Shown: positions 36,189-49,772, counted from the first letter of the stretch. The stretch is 64,000 nt of DNA from Lama glama (GCA_028534125.1 CM052817.1:28398001-28462000), one strand, 5' to 3'. The notes: generated by a model from the sequence alone, not told the origin. Translations and numbers: made by a program.

Positions 36189-37682
36189 CGTTCACTGATG
36201 GCCATATGGGCTTCGGAAGAAGATCCTATGGGATGAACAAAATGGTGTAGGATAAGGCAAAGACGTACAGTAAGAGAGGCTTTGAGCTCTGTCCAAAGAA
36301 GTGGCAATGTGGAAGCTCAGTGATGAGAGGGAAAGGAGGGAAGAAACAGTGTAACAGCATAGCAGGAATTGCCCAGACTGTGGAGAAAGTATAGCTGGTT
36401 AGAGATTCCCTTTGGGGAAATGGCCAAAATATTTCATAGACAGGCACATGCGACATTCGATTTTAATTTCTGTGCTATGCAGCAACGCAGACACCTCCCA
36501 TTGACCCTGAAACATGAATATTGAATGCACAGATTTGTGTGAGGATATTTTGAGGCAATTAAGGAAGAAATTCTCTGCACCATGTCAGACTAAATCTGAA
36601 CTTAAAGAAGGGAGTTGCCTCACAAGGAATTAGTGTGGTGGAGAATCCAGCAGAAGTAGAAAAATCACAGCAAGATGTGAAACTTGAAAGAAATGTAAAT
36701 TTGAATTGCACTGTGTTTTGTAAACACATATAAAATATAGTCTTGTATATAAATTACGTGTGCATATAAATGATCACAAATAAACCAAAAGATTGAAGAA
36801 ATGCACATGTTTATGTCATAGGTAAAACCTCAAAGTAGTTTCTTAACATAAAAATATTAAAAGTGATATCCTATTTGTAACCCCCTTTTTTAAATTTATA
36901 TCAAGAGTTATCCTTCCATGTCAATAAATTTTTTTACAGTAGTATTTTAAGGACTATTTTTTTAAAAAAAGATGAAAGAATAATTTTTGAAAGGTAAACT
37001 TATAAAATTATGATGCCCACACAAACGTATGCGACTTGGAAGGTAGAGGGTAACTTTCACATTATAGGTACTAACTGATACCTTTCATGAAAGTGCTGAT
37101 CAGTTAATGAAGGAAATTAAGACCCTCAAAACTGATCAACATTTGTGAAAATTTTAACACATTGCATGGCTTCTTTTCAGACTTATGAGTAGAGACAAGT
37201 AAAATTCCTTTCACAAATTTTATCCTTTATCTTAATTATGCTCTCCTATATTCTGGAACAAATTGACACTGTAAGATAGTGGCACTTGTTCAATTGGTTA
37301 ATGAAGTTAAAAGTATTTCGATAATAGTACGTTTTATATTATATAAATACATACGATATATATATATATATACGATACGATAATTCAATGTTACTATTTT
37401 CTGATGAATTAACAGACAAATGTATTAAAGTTTTCTCAGTTTTCACTTCTAATATAATAAATATCAGTAGTTACAATCCTTATTTTAGAAAACTACAATT
37501 CTTTGGGATCCTCAGTAAGTTTTAAGAGTACAAGGCATTCTGGAGACCATAAAGTATGAGCTAGGCAGTGGAAAGGGAAAGGAAATTCATAGTAGAAAAA
37601 CAAAAAGACGAAGTGAATGCCTTATACAAAATCTAGAACCTGACTTTCACTAGTACTGCAGTGGCTAAACAGTCACTGCCTG

Positions 37683-37731
37683 GTGTGTGTGTTGTGTGTG
37701 TGCGTTTATGTATGTGTGTGTGTGTGTGTGT
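37683..37731. repeat. Interrupted (TG)n microsatellite
   Basis: gtgtgtgtgttgtgtgtgtgcgtttatgtatgtgtgtgtgtgtgtgtgt. Confidence 0.9.
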
Positions 37732-38179
37732 TGATTACTTTTTTCCATCAGGATGTATGTTTCAAGAGACTACACTAATTGTCTATATTGCTCATTGCTA
37801 AACTACTCTAGAAAGGCATTCGGCACGTGGTGGGTGTTTAATAAACCTATATGGAATGGATGAATAGATGGAAGGCTGGCTGTTGGAACAAATGGATTTT
37901 ATATTTTTCCAACTCTGATTTATAAGTGGCATTTCTATACTGAGCAGTTCTGAGAAGATGGTAGCATAGGGTGGCATCAAATGGTAATTAAGTTACAGTA
38001 CATTTTATGCTGTCTCTCTTCTTAATTCTTTTCAGACTTAATCCAGTCAACTTTTTAAAAGAAAATTTTTCCTCCACATCAGCCCTTTGTAGCTCTTCCC
38101 CTAGACTAGCCATCACCCAGCTAGTCTCATTCAGACATGCCCGGGGCCTCACGTCACCAGCACTTCCTTCTGCTGCAGC

Positions 38180-38340
38180 ATTCTAAGCGTGTCTCTTAAA
38201 TTCACTGATGAGCTTTTTGTCTTCTCTCTTAATTGTAGCTATTCAAGGATAGAAAGAGTCTCATTTGTCTTCAAGCCTCAGAGCTTTGTGCCATGCCAGG
38301 GATACTCAGTGTTGAATAAATGTTTGATGAGTGAATCTGT
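38180..38340 (+). mobile_element. L2 3' end
   Basis: aattgtagctattcaaggatagaaagagtctcatttgtctt...gaataaatgtttgatgagtgaat. Confidence 0.6.
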
Positions 38341-39149
38341 GATTGAGAACTGGTTTTGAAATCGACTTTCTGTGTTTGTTCAAGTTGGACCTAACCCAAG
38401 TGTTATTTACAGGTAAAAAAAAAAAAATCCCACTTTTTTCTAAGGTATTTTGAAAACTTTCTCCCATCTCAGATTTTCAATCACTCTTCCTGTTCCTGCT
38501 AACCTCTTTGATTTTTAAAAATGGATTTCTATTTTGAATTTTTTTTGCCCTAAATAATCAGTTTTGTCTCAACTAAATCAAAGGTAAAATGTCCAGACCT
38601 TGTGAAATATTTATACTTGTGAGTGAAGTAAGACTTTTGCAGCATCAATAACAAATACTCTGTTTGACCTAACAGGGTGCTCTTTCATTGTTTTTTTTAT
38701 TTGCTCAATCACTCAAAAACTTTCAGTATGAAAGGGCCTGATCTGTTCACATCACATCTTCTTTCTTCCCTAACTGACCTTTTGCCATATCACTGTATTT
38801 ATTTTTTACGAGTTCATATTCTTCTTGCTTTTGAAAGTTATTCTGTGTTTTGAGTGGCACAACACTATTTCTTTGAGCAATTCCCGTCATACCTCTGATA
38901 ATAAAATTGAAAAAAAATCTCTGATAGCTATATATATTTTTCTATTCCAGAATAAAAAGTGATTTTAAAGAGGACAGTAACAGTTATTAAAAGTGGTCAT
39001 TGTTACTTGATTCATCTACTGGAGTTAGAAAGCTCTGGTGGTGTTAGAAAGCTGAAATAGCTTGTGCTTTAAAAAAATTTTTAAATTGATTTTATGGTTC
39101 AAAATTTTAAGAGATATCTTTAATTGCAAACAGTAAAATAAAGCTGTGT

Positions 39150-40450
39150 CTTCTTAGGAAAATGGGATTGTAGTAAAGGATATCAGGTAGGTTTGCAGAA
39201 GCTATGGAAGGGCCAGAGAGACAGGCTCTTAATTTATGCATTCAGAGTCCCCAAATACATTTGGATGTTCTAGCAAGAACACCATAGCAGCTGCTGGTGA
39301 GCACCCACACCATAGCGATCACAGACTCTGCCTTGCACAGGATTCTGGGGCCGCAGCTGTAATCACACAGGCGGAGCTTGACACGTCGTCTACATCCATC
39401 TGTATGAAGCTATTTGCCTGTGTTGTCACTCTCACTAAAACAGAGATGCCTCACATATCTGTCCACTTCCTCACATCACATCACAGACTGCTCAGGTGCT
39501 TGTTTGTGCTGACCTTTCCAGGATCACCGAGAAATCAAATTTTCTGATTTCCACCATAGAAAAATGGGAAATACAGTATAAAAAATGATCAAAAAGTAGG
39601 GAAGGTGTTCAAACTTGTCAAAGGGCCATATGTTTCCATGGCAGCCACACCTACCTTCTTAACATCCTCTTCCACCTCTCTTAAATTTCCAAATGTCAAC
39701 AACGATCCCACTAACACTAGGCAGCTACCCTTTATTCAGAAGGAAATACACCCACTCTCTCCCGCAGACGCCACATACAGCACGTAGCAGACAGTCTAAC
39801 CACTGACTGTAGCCACTTCTGCTTTTTCTAGTTCCATCTCTGTCCTATCTTGCTATCTCTAACCTGTGAATTATTCCCCACCACTACTATGCCATATATA
39901 AAATAGTAGAACACAACAGGGACAAAAAAAGTAAAATTGGGTCAAATAAATAAAGATAAATATATAAATGGCATAACCAGAAAGGGGATTGAGAAAATAT
40001 TACCCCTTCTGCTTCAGCAGCCAGATGGGAGGCCATACACTGATTCCATAGCTTCACTAACCGTCCAGTGTTCCTTCTGTCCCCATTTAGCACCTCAGCT
40101 TATCATGATGCTTTGCCTGAGCAGGAGACCAAGTTTTCATTCAGTAGGTTTCTGATGGTCCCTCCTGAACAAAGTCATTAAAGTAATCCAAGTGCTCTAA
40201 GAATTTCACATAGCAGTGGCTAAGTACCTAAGATGCTAAGAGGAGGCCCTACCTTCCTGACATATTCCTTGTGCCTTGAGTGTAACATCAAAGTCCGTAG
40301 TTATAACCAAGTGAAAAAAAGGTTTTGCAACCTTTTTCTTTTGAAGCCGGAATGCATCAATCTAAGGCATCAACTAAAATCCTATGTTGTTGAGTGTGAG
40401 TGAATCATTCCTGTCCCTTATCGACAAATGTAGATAATGGGAACACAAGC
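39150..40450 (-). mobile_element. Possible very old MaLR LTR with adjoining internal sequence
   Basis: gtaaaggatatcaggtagg...ggaagggccagagagacaggct resembles old MLT1 LTRs; downstream similarity is impressionistic only. Confidence 0.3.
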
Positions 40451-40519
40451 AGAGCTAATTTCTGGTATCAAAGAATGAGCCCTTCCCCGTGAGTTACGCA
40501 ACTGCTAGTCTCAGTCTGC

Positions 40520-40750
40520 TGAAGCTAACAGTAGTGTCAGCGAGCAGTTACTGAGGACTTAATTCATGCTACGTACTTTCACATGTGTTATCATATTTTA
40601 TTGTAAACAACACCCTATGAGTTGGATACAACTATGTTTGCCAATTTACAGAATAGGGAACTGAGTCTGAGACAAGTGAGGCCACTTACTCTGCGGCATC
40701 CACCTTAGGGATGGCGGTATCTTTACTCCAGAGCCCACAGGCTGAGCCTC
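40520..40750 (-). mobile_element. MIR SINE
   Basis: acaacaccctatgagttgg...aatttacagaatagggaactgagtctgaga...actccagagccca. Confidence 0.8.
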
Positions 40751-41169
40751 CGTGCGCCCCGTAGGGACTGCGTCATAATTTGTCATGCAGAGGCATGCTC
40801 CCTCCGCTTCCCTAGCATATTCTGAAAAGAACTTCTAATTTTCCACGGAAGTTTTGATGAAATTTTTTCTCTAATTAAAACAAATGTAGAGTTCTGGAAG
40901 GCAGCTGAATGCTATGATTTAGCTTGGTTTATATTTTGGAAAATTTACAAAGGGAAGCCTTTCTGAGGCATTTAAGCTTCTTATTGTCAATATATATATA
41001 TATATAGTGCATGTCATGTGTGGTTGGGTCATAATGTGAGTCATTTAAAAAGCTATATATTAAAATGCAGGTTGAAGTATCACAGCATTTCATTAAGACC
41101 CCTTCATAGTGTCAAAGGATCTAAGCAGAACTAATACTAAGTTCTAGAAAAGACTGACTAAAATAGTAT

Positions 41170-41370
41170 TTTAAAAGGAACAATTTCTAGGATAGACTGA
41201 ATTCAGATCCTGGCTCCACACTTTGATCAGTTGCTTAAACGCTTCATGCCTAACTTTCCTCATCTGTTCAGTGCTATCTCTCTTATAGAGTTGTTTGAGA
41301 ATTAAATGAATTGATATATTTAAAGAACTTTCTTTCATGCGTACTATGTATTTACTCTTGTTATTAACAC
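41170..41370 (+). mobile_element. MIR SINE
   Basis: gactgaattcagatcctggctccacac...tttcctcatctgt...tagagttgtttgagaattaaatga. Confidence 0.8.
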
Positions 41371-42419
41371 AAATATTTTAGTCATTGAAGAAGTTTCGAA
41401 AATTATAAATGCACTGCAATGCCAATCCACTAAAATGTCAGCAAGTAGAATGAAAATGGGACCCAGGGCACTTGGAAGAGGAGAAACCAGAGAGAAGAGG
41501 CGATGAGGTTTGGGGCACGTGACGGTGGTGAAAGAGAGGGGTTTGGTGGAGGAGAGCGCTGTGGAGTACTTAGACGTGAAGCTGGGTGAAAACCTGTTTT
41601 ATGACTTCGTGTCATGCTGATATTCATGTTATGAGCTGCAGGCACTTTGCCAATAGGACCCAACGTCTAAATCATTCTATTACCAGGGCTCCAGTCACAC
41701 AGCTTCTCCTGCTGAACCTACTAGTTTATGACAGCTTATCTCTGCCCTTTACAGCGCACTGTTAATGGGGTCAATTCTTCATGCCAGGCAATAGTTTTAG
41801 GTCTTTTTAAGAGGATGTCAATCTATCCAAGTTTTATACCCATGGAAGTCTACAAAAATTTATAACGGTCTTTCTCTCACACTCTACAACTTCATAGCAA
41901 CCCTAACAAAGAAGTGAAATGAAAGAGAGAGACAACTGAATTATGGGAAGCCAAGTGGCTAATGTCTGGTCTTTGTAAAACTCACTGCCAATATTTAATA
42001 TATATTATATCACTGTCTGACACAACGAAACATTTAGAGCATTAATTTATCAAAGAAATAATATTATTTTTTCCATCGAATTCAGTCCCACTAACTGAAC
42101 AATGCTAAGTAACATTGCTGCAACAAATACATAAGAGAAAGATAAAATGACATAGACAAGATACTCACTTATGTTTTATCTTCTTTTTTTTTGTGTGATT
42201 TCAGCCATTGTAATTTTATTAAATGGGGAAAAAGTTAATTAAATAAATTGTCCAATTTTCACCTGTCTTTCATTGATTCTGATTAGCATATTATTTCCCT
42301 AGAAAGTTTCTTAGTAAGAGATTAAAAAAAAACAACCCTTAATCTAAAAAGTCTTCCAATTATAGTCTCTTGCAAGTAGGGTATAAAAGCAAACAACAAC
42401 AATACCACCACTACTGCCA

Positions 42420-42690
42420 ATGAAGTAGCAGCTAACAGTTACACAGGACTTGCTATGTACCAATCCACTCCAAAGTATTACACGTTCAGTAACTTATTTA
42501 ACCACCAGAGCAGTCTAATGAGTGAAGCGTTGGTATCAATCCCATTTTGTAGAAAAGGAAACAGAAGCACCAAGAGGTTAAATAATTTACCTGAGGAGCC
42601 TTAGCTAATTAGCAGTGGAGCCAGAATTCAAACTCTTGTCTCTTGAGCCCTAGAAGCCATGATTTTAGCCACCACATTTTGCTGCCTCCA
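42420..42690 (-). mobile_element. MIR SINE
   Basis: agcagctaacagttac...cccattttgtagaaaaggaaacagaagcac...gaggttaaataatttacc...ggagccagaattcaaac. Confidence 0.85.
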
Positions 42691-42849
42691 GACTACCTGC
42701 CCTAATCCAGTCAACCTGCCACACGCACCTTGCAGATCTGTTATTGTGTCAATATTCAAGTGCCATGATGAAGCGTCTTCCTGGTGATTTTATGGAGTGC
42801 TGCATCCAGGTCTTCCGCGTTTGCTTTCGTTAGCTCTCACAGTACCTGC

Positions 42850-43277
42850 CGTAAAGTACGGCATCGGCTGTAGCTCACAGGATGTAAAGTGGATGTTCCT
42901 CTGTGCAGGACAGTCCTCCCTTAAATTTCATGGTGCTCACTTTATTCAAGTACCTGCTCACATATCACCTCCTCAGAGAGGCCTTCAAAACACTCTGGAA
43001 TTCATAGAAAACCAGCCTCCAATACTTTCTATGCCATTTACTGGTTGTATTTCTTTTCAAAACATTTTCACTGACATTCTTTTTTATTGGTTTAATTTCT
43101 CAACTATCTGCCTCATTGTTTAGGTTGTAAATTTATGACATATTTTGTTTTGTTCACTCCTGTATCCCAAGTGGCTAGAAAAGCATCTAGCATCTAGTAT
43201 AGTACATACTAAGTGCTCAATACAGATTTATTTAACAAATAGTTAATGAATGAATGCAAGGATGGATGGAATGAATA
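42850..43277 (+). mobile_element. L2a 3' end with (GAAT/GGAT)n tail
   Basis: tgctcacatatcacctcctcagagaggcctt...ttttgttcactcctgtatccc...aagtgctcaata...aatgaatgaatg. Confidence 0.85.
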
Positions 43278-43757
43278 TCTGAAAGAATCACTGGAAACTC
43301 AGAACAACGGTTAATTTTAGGAGCGAAGGTTGGATCAAAGATGGAGGGAGAATGAAATTTCACTGCTACTCCCATAAAATTTCATGTTATTGGGACTTAG
43401 TGAAAGTATATTGGATATCTTTATTTTCAGCTAGGCAGCATTACCATTGATAACTACTTTCTGTTTCAAATGAATATTCTGTGAAGTCTATGCAAATAAA
43501 AAATATATTTCTGCCAATATACATTAAATACTGTAGATATTAAAGTAAAATGTTTACCTGTGAACCCATTGACAAATTTCATATTTCTCAAAATAGTCAT
43601 GCTTCTCATAGATTGAGACTATAATAGATAAACTTTATAAATCTGAGATCGTTAAGTACATGGGTGTTAGCAAATAGACAAAGCTGTCTACAAGTGGTTA
43701 CTTTTAAAATATGCTCATAAAATACATTTTTTAAAAGTTGGATCAGTTTTCATTGAA

Positions 43758-44215
43758 ATTTTTTTTGATATACATTTGACATATAGTATTGTGCAAATTT
43801 AAGGAGTACAACATGTTGATGTATAATATGATTACTATTATAGTGATAGTAACTCCATCATATCACATAATTATTTCTTCTTTGTGATGGGAATAATTAA
43901 GAACCAGTCTCTTAGCAGATTTGATGATTGTAATACAATATTATTGTCTGTATTCACTGTACGGTGCATTAGATCTCCAGGACTTGTTTATCAACTAGTT
44001 GTAAGTGTGTATCTTTAAATAACATCTCCTATTTCACTGCCCTCCACCCACTGTTAGCTGCCATCTTACTCTCTGGTTTTACAAGTCTGGCTCTTTTAGA
44101 TTTAAGATATAAGTGATATCATATAGTATTTGTCTTTTTCTGTCTGATTTATCTCGCCTAGCAAAATGTTCTCAAGGTCTATCCATGTTGTCACAACTGG
44201 TAGAATATTCTTTTA
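43758..44215 (-). mobile_element. L1 (L1MA-like) 3' end
   Basis: atttaaggagtacaacatg...cattagatctccaggactt...tataagtgatatcatatagtatttgtcttt...atccatgttgtcacaa. Confidence 0.85.
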
Positions 44216-45248
44216 TTTAGTGTTAAGGTAATACCAGTTGTAAGAAACATTTTTTTATCTGTGAGATTAAATGGAAGCTATATAAAATGGAAAAAATATA
44301 AAATGTAACATTAAAGTATTATTATTTTTCTGAATTTAATTTGTCACCCTAAAAGAGAAGTATTCTATTATTTCAAATCTCAGTGTTGCAGTAAATATTC
44401 ACAAGGACTAAATTTTGTCCATAAGTAGCATTCTTCTATCTTAGTTTTCATAGGGAAAATGGATAAATACAGTCCCTTAACTTTAGTTATATTTATTAAG
44501 CAAATAAAATATGCAAAAGATTGTAAAAATAAAAACAGCAGGAATGAGTCCCTCTAATAAGCATGTTATCAATACATATTTTGGAAATTCATCATTTTTT
44601 CCAATAAAACTTTTAATTAACTTTGATTATTCATTTATGACAACGTTAAAGCAATCTCTATATTTGCAGATGGCATGAAAGCAATCTCACAATCATTGAG
44701 GAGCAGTATTTAAATATTCTTTATATACAGTAGAAATTATGTTGACTAATTCTAATTAGATCATCTTAAGGGACCTCAAAAATCAAATATGATATGTAGG
44801 AGTTAACATCATTAAAAGATTCAAAGCTTTATTCTATTTTATATAAGCTTTTAAAATATGATTTATTGTATAACGTACCTTAAGGTAACTTAGAACACGA
44901 TTTCATGGAAAACATTATGTGTACACAATTATTTATTCTATAACACTGTACTTAGATCTAATGTGACCTAAGAGCTCTTATTTTAACCACAAATTTCAAT
45001 TCAAGTCCTCCATATCCTTTACAAAATCGAAGTTTTATTTCTGTGCTTTAATTTTCTTCACTGATTGTATTTTCACTTCAATGACAAATCCATCTTCCAG
45101 TTGCCTCAAGCTGTAGTATTTGCTCAATTTTACTTCCAGATAAAAAAAAAAGTCAGCATTATACGTCTACACAAATTTAATAATGTCAGAGTATTCATTC
45201 CAAAAAGCTTTATTTGCATAAGCCAACTTTCATTCCCAGGGCTGGAAT

Positions 45249-45780
45249 GCATTCATTCATTCATTCATTCATCTGCTCATTCTTTTTCTTCTTCGTGTAC
45301 ACATTTGCCCCTTCATCCATTTATTCAATGCATACTTAGCTTTTTTTGAAAAGATGCTATATGAATAGAGAGTGAAATGGTATAAAGAGGAGGATCATAG
45401 AAATGTACTGGGGTAACTGCATTCCAAGCAGAAAGTATTGTACGTATGCGGGTGTTGACTGATGCATGAATGGGAACATGTGTTTGACGAAGAGTAAGAA
45501 GTTTGGCTTGTTAGCATGAACTGTGCAAGTGGGGACATGTTATGTGATGGAGACTGACAGGGAGTGAGAGCCACATTACCTAGGCTCTTCCAGGCCTTTG
45601 TGAAGGGTGTGAATATTGTACAGAGTTATATGGGACATTATTAAAATGTTTTGCTCAGTAGAGAATTATAATCTGACCTATATTTTTGAAGGGTAATTCT
45701 GAATGCTGTGTGGAGAACAAAGGATGCAGGAATAACGGGCAGTAGGTAGAGACCAGAATAGTCATATCAAGAACACTCAA
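45249..45780 (-). mobile_element. L2 remnant starting with an (ATTC)n tail
   Basis: gcattcattcattcattcattcat...gcattccaagcagaaag...gggtaattctgaatgctgtgtggagaa. Confidence 0.65.
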
Positions 45781-45989
45781 GCTCAGGAGGCCAAGGCATC
45801 AGAAAATGGGAAGAGCAGTGTTTTAACATACAAGCAAATTCAAGCATAAATTGTTTTTTGCTAGTCAAAAGTGGATATGAATTTGAAAATAATAATAAGA
45901 TAAGTGACAGTGAAAATAATAGTAACAGCTAATGAGCAGAACTTACTGTATTGTAAGAGCATTTACATGTATTAAAGTGTTTATTTCTA

Positions 45990-46732
45990 AAGACTTGGCC
46001 AAATTCAAGGTTAAAGGCACAGCCTTTCCTATTACCAAGTCTGCCCAGAACTTCAGACATCAGCCACACGTTCAGGGGCCTCCAGGGGCACCCTCACTTC
46101 TGATCAGCTGACTACAAAGCTGAGAGTTTCTACAACCATCCTCAGTTTTCATAATTCTCTAGAACAACTCACAGAACTCAGGAAAGCACTGTACTCATGA
46201 TTTCATTTTATTATAGCCAAAGGCTACAAGTCAAAACCAGACAAAGGAAAAGATGCTTAAAGTAGAATCTGGGACTGGGAGGGTTACAAAGTTTCTATGT
46301 CCGCATTGGAAGGTCCAATGTGTTACCTTCCTGGCGCTGATGTGTGGCAACACACAAATGGAGAATTACCAACCCAGGAAACCCACTCAAACTTCAATGT
46401 TCAGAGATTTTATTGAGGCTTTGTTACATAGCCACGATTCATGGTCTATGTAGTTGAATTTAGTCTCCAGTCCCCTCCTATCCCCAGATGTCAGGTCAAT
46501 ATCACATACCTCCAATATCCCAACTTTGTGATCACATGGTTGACCTCTCTGCATGGTCAGTCCTCACTGTAAGATAATCATATGGGATTGGTCCCACCTT
46601 GAGTCATGCCATTAAGATAAACTACCAGATGTGTTTTGATAGACCCACTATGAATAACAAAGACACTTTTATAGAAGTTACCTACCAGAACTGGAACAAA
46701 GCCTCGATCTCTCTTTGGGTGAAATTAATTCT

Positions 46733-46733
<1 letters not shown>
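45990..46733 (-). mobile_element. MER21-like LTR
   Basis: cacttctgatcagctgactacaa...ataattctctagaacaactcacagaactcaggaaagcact...tgaataacaaagacact. Confidence 0.8.

Positions 46734-46784
<51 letters not shown>
46734..46784. repeat. Perfect (GAT)17 microsatellite followed by AAC-rich tract
   Basis: Directly visible; produces the poly-D run in ORF 46599-46820. Confidence 0.97.
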
Positions 46785-46799
46785 ACAAACAACAACAAA

Positions 46800-47040
46800 A
46801 ACAATAGTAATAGCAATTAAAAAAAATGCCCTTAGGACATACTGAGAAAATTTGCATGTGTTAAGTTGTTTATTTCTCATAACAATCCATGAGGCTACTT
46901 GTCTTCACATTACAGATGAAGAAACTGAGGCACAGATTAATTAACTTGTCGAAGGCCAAAGATCAAGAAAGATATGGACACAAGTTTGGAACCCTGGGAA
47001 ATGGTCTCTGAATCTGTGCTTTTAACAGCAATATTGTGCT
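46800..47040 (-). mobile_element. MIR SINE
   Basis: tctcataacaatccatgagg...ttacagatgaagaaactgaggcacaga...aacttgtcgaagg. Confidence 0.85.
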
Positions 47041-47312
47041 ATCTGTTTGTAGAGATATCTGAAATTAAATCTGGAAACAGGAGATTGGAATTAGAAGGTT
47101 GGATTAAATAGGAAATGAGAGCCCAATGTGCTAACCTTCTATGACCCTACACTTCTGAGCCTTTGGTGAATGGTCAAACCATGGGAGAGGATTTAAATTG
47201 ACTGATGCCAAATGTGTGATGATTAATTTCATTTGGACCCTGAAAAATAGCTTGACGTTCTACTGTGTTCCTCTAGTCAGCTTCCTCTCCCACTCCTCAT
47301 AACCACTATTTT

Positions 47313-47977
47313 ATTTTTATTTTTTTATTGAGTTATAGTCAGTTTACAATGTCGTGTTAATTTCTGGTATACAGTACACTTTTTCAGTCATACATGAATA
47401 TGTATATATTTGTTTTCATATTCTTTTTCACTGTGAGCTACTACAAGATCTTGAATATATTTCCCTGTGCTATACAGTATAAACTTGTTTATCTATTTTA
47501 TATATACTTATCAGTATCTATAAATCTCAAACTCACAGTCTGTCCCTACCCACCTCCCTCCCCCCTGGCAACCACAAGTTTGTATTCTGTGTCTGTGAGT
47601 CTGTTTCTGTTTTATATTTAAGTTCATTTTTCTTCTTCTTTTTTTTTTTTTTAGATTCCACATATAAGTGATATCATATGGTATTTTTCTTTCTCTTTCT
47701 GGCTAACTTCACTTAGAATGACATTTTCCAGGGACATCCATGTTGCTGCAAATGGTATTATGTTGTCATTTTTATGGCTGAATAGTATTCCACTGTACAA
47801 ATATACCACAACTTCTTCACCCAGTCATCTATCGATGGACATTTGGATTATTTCCCTGTCTTGGCTATTGTAAATAGTGCTGCTATGAACATTGGGGTGC
47901 AGATGTCTTTTTGAATTAGGGTTTTTTTCTGGATATATGCCCAGGAGTGGGATTGCTGGGTCATATGGTAAGTCTAT
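47313..47977 (-). mobile_element. Young 5'-truncated camelid-type L1 with perfect 16-bp TSD
   Basis: TSD tcataaccactatttt at 47297-47312 and 47978-47993, right copy followed by aa (TTTT/AA endonuclease site); well-preserved L1 3' sequence. Confidence 0.95.
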
Positions 47978-48414
47978 TCATAACCACTATTTTAAATGTT
48001 CTCCATCCTTCCTTTAGTGTGCTTAGAAATAGCAAGCAAAAGCCTCTTCTCCTGCTCTAAATTTTGAGAGAAGTGGATTTTATGATCTTTAGGTTTTTTA
48101 AACAACGTAATTGCTTTTGAAAAGAGTTTTAGATGCCACATTGCTGTCTCCTGTGGAATCCCCTGGCTTTGTATCAACTAGATTTGTCAATTTACTAGAG
48201 GCAAAATTTGATTCTTTTTTTAGTACCTCCAGGACCTAACGGCATTTTTAGTGTTTGGGGATGCAAGTGGTTGAGAAAGAAGGAGAGGTAAGGATTTCAA
48301 AGCACTGATAATATAATTCAGGGTCTACCTTATATCATCTACTTCTTGCTATCTGCACACTGGATCTAGGAAATCTCTTGAGATGCTCATAGTTTTAAAT
48401 AGCAGTTTTAGTTT

Positions 48415-49552
48415 TGAGAAAGGAAAGACCAACCCTTGACCTCTATCAGCTGATATTTGTCTTGGTCATAAAAACTAGGCCACATTGTATCCTAATTAAC
48501 AGAAACAGAATACCCACATTAAACAAGGTTCTGGATGACTGACTGAATGAGACAAAAATAAGACCATGTTGTAATCATGTGTGGGTGCAATTCTAGAAAA
48601 CTTTGCAACCACAGAAAGGACCAGAAATCCTCCTCTCTGAGCTAATAGGAGTAGCTGCTGCTTCTTTACCAATTAGCTCTAGCCCTACTCCTTTCCTCCT
48701 ACAGCCTAGATAAAAACTGCTAGGGTACTCAGTCATAGAATTTCCTTGCTTTTTTTAAAAAATTTTATTGTATTGTAGTTAATTTACAATGTTAGTTTCT
48801 GGTGTACAGCAAGGTGATTCAGTCATACATATACATACACATATTTTTTTTTCTTTCATTCTTTTCTATTATATGTTATTATAAGAAATTCAATATAGTT
48901 TCCTGTGCTATACAGTAGGTCTTCATTGTTTACCTATTTTATATATAATAATATGTGTTTGTTAATCCTCAATCCCTAATTTATCCCTCCCCACCTTTTC
49001 CTCTTTGATAACCATAGTTTGTTTTCTATGTCTGTAAGTCCGTTTTGGTATAAATAGAATTTGCATCTTTTTTTTAGATTTCACATATAAGTGATATCAT
49101 ATGATATTTGTCTTTCTCTAACTTACTTCATTCAATATGATAATCTCTAGGTCCATGTATGTTGCTGCAAATGGCATTATTTCATTCTTTTTATGGCTGA
49201 GTAATATTCCATTGTGTTATATATATATCACAGCTTCTTTATTCAGGCATCTGTTGATGGACATTTAGATTGTTTCCATATCTTAGCTTTTGCTTTCTAA
49301 AAGTGCTCAACACAGAACATATTTCTTTGAACACTGTCCAAAATTACTCTGCACAAAAAACTTTTAAAATATAAAACAGAATAAAACTTTAAATCTTTAA
49401 TGGCATTAATTTCTATCTGCTAACTCAAGCCCTCCCTAACCCCCTCTCACTGGCATTCCTCAAAGTTTCCTATAGTGCATAGTTTTCTTCACTGGAAAAG
49501 GTCCATGATGATAGGTGTGTTTCTTGTGGTCTTTGGCAGGTGGACATTGAAA
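48415..49552 (+). mobile_element. ERV1 solo LTR (MER67-like) split by an L1
   Basis: tgagaaagg...agacaaaaataagacc...gctgctgcttctttaccaatt...tcatagaatt, resuming after the L1 and ending ggtgtgtttcttgtggtctttggcaggtggacattgaaa. Confidence 0.75.
48753..49288 (-). mobile_element. Artiodactyl-type L1 3' end
   Basis: tttacaatgttagtttctggtgtacagcaaggtgattcag...atgttgctgcaaatggcattatttcattctttttatggctgagtaatattccattg; ttgcttt on both flanks is a possible short TSD. Confidence 0.9.
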
Positions 49553-49772
49553 GTCTGTTACTATCCCAGCAGCTACCTCTAGTTTAGTATTCCTTTGTGA
49601 AATCCAGAACCATATATTTACTGTCTACTGCTCAGTCCCAAGGCTTATTTCCCAGGTAGCTGATAATTTATGAATTCCAAAATGAAAATGAGACATTATG
49701 CATCTTCATTTGCATTCTGTCCTTTATTATTTATTTTAATCAATGACTCTAATTTATACTTAATCTTAGATT

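Noticed and set aside
43556..43618. Minus-strand AG/GT-bounded segment with two open frames
   Set aside because: Weak splice signals, no partner exons and no recognisable peptide
46599..46820. Poly-Asp protein
   Set aside because: Read-through of an LTR end into a (GAT)17 microsatellite
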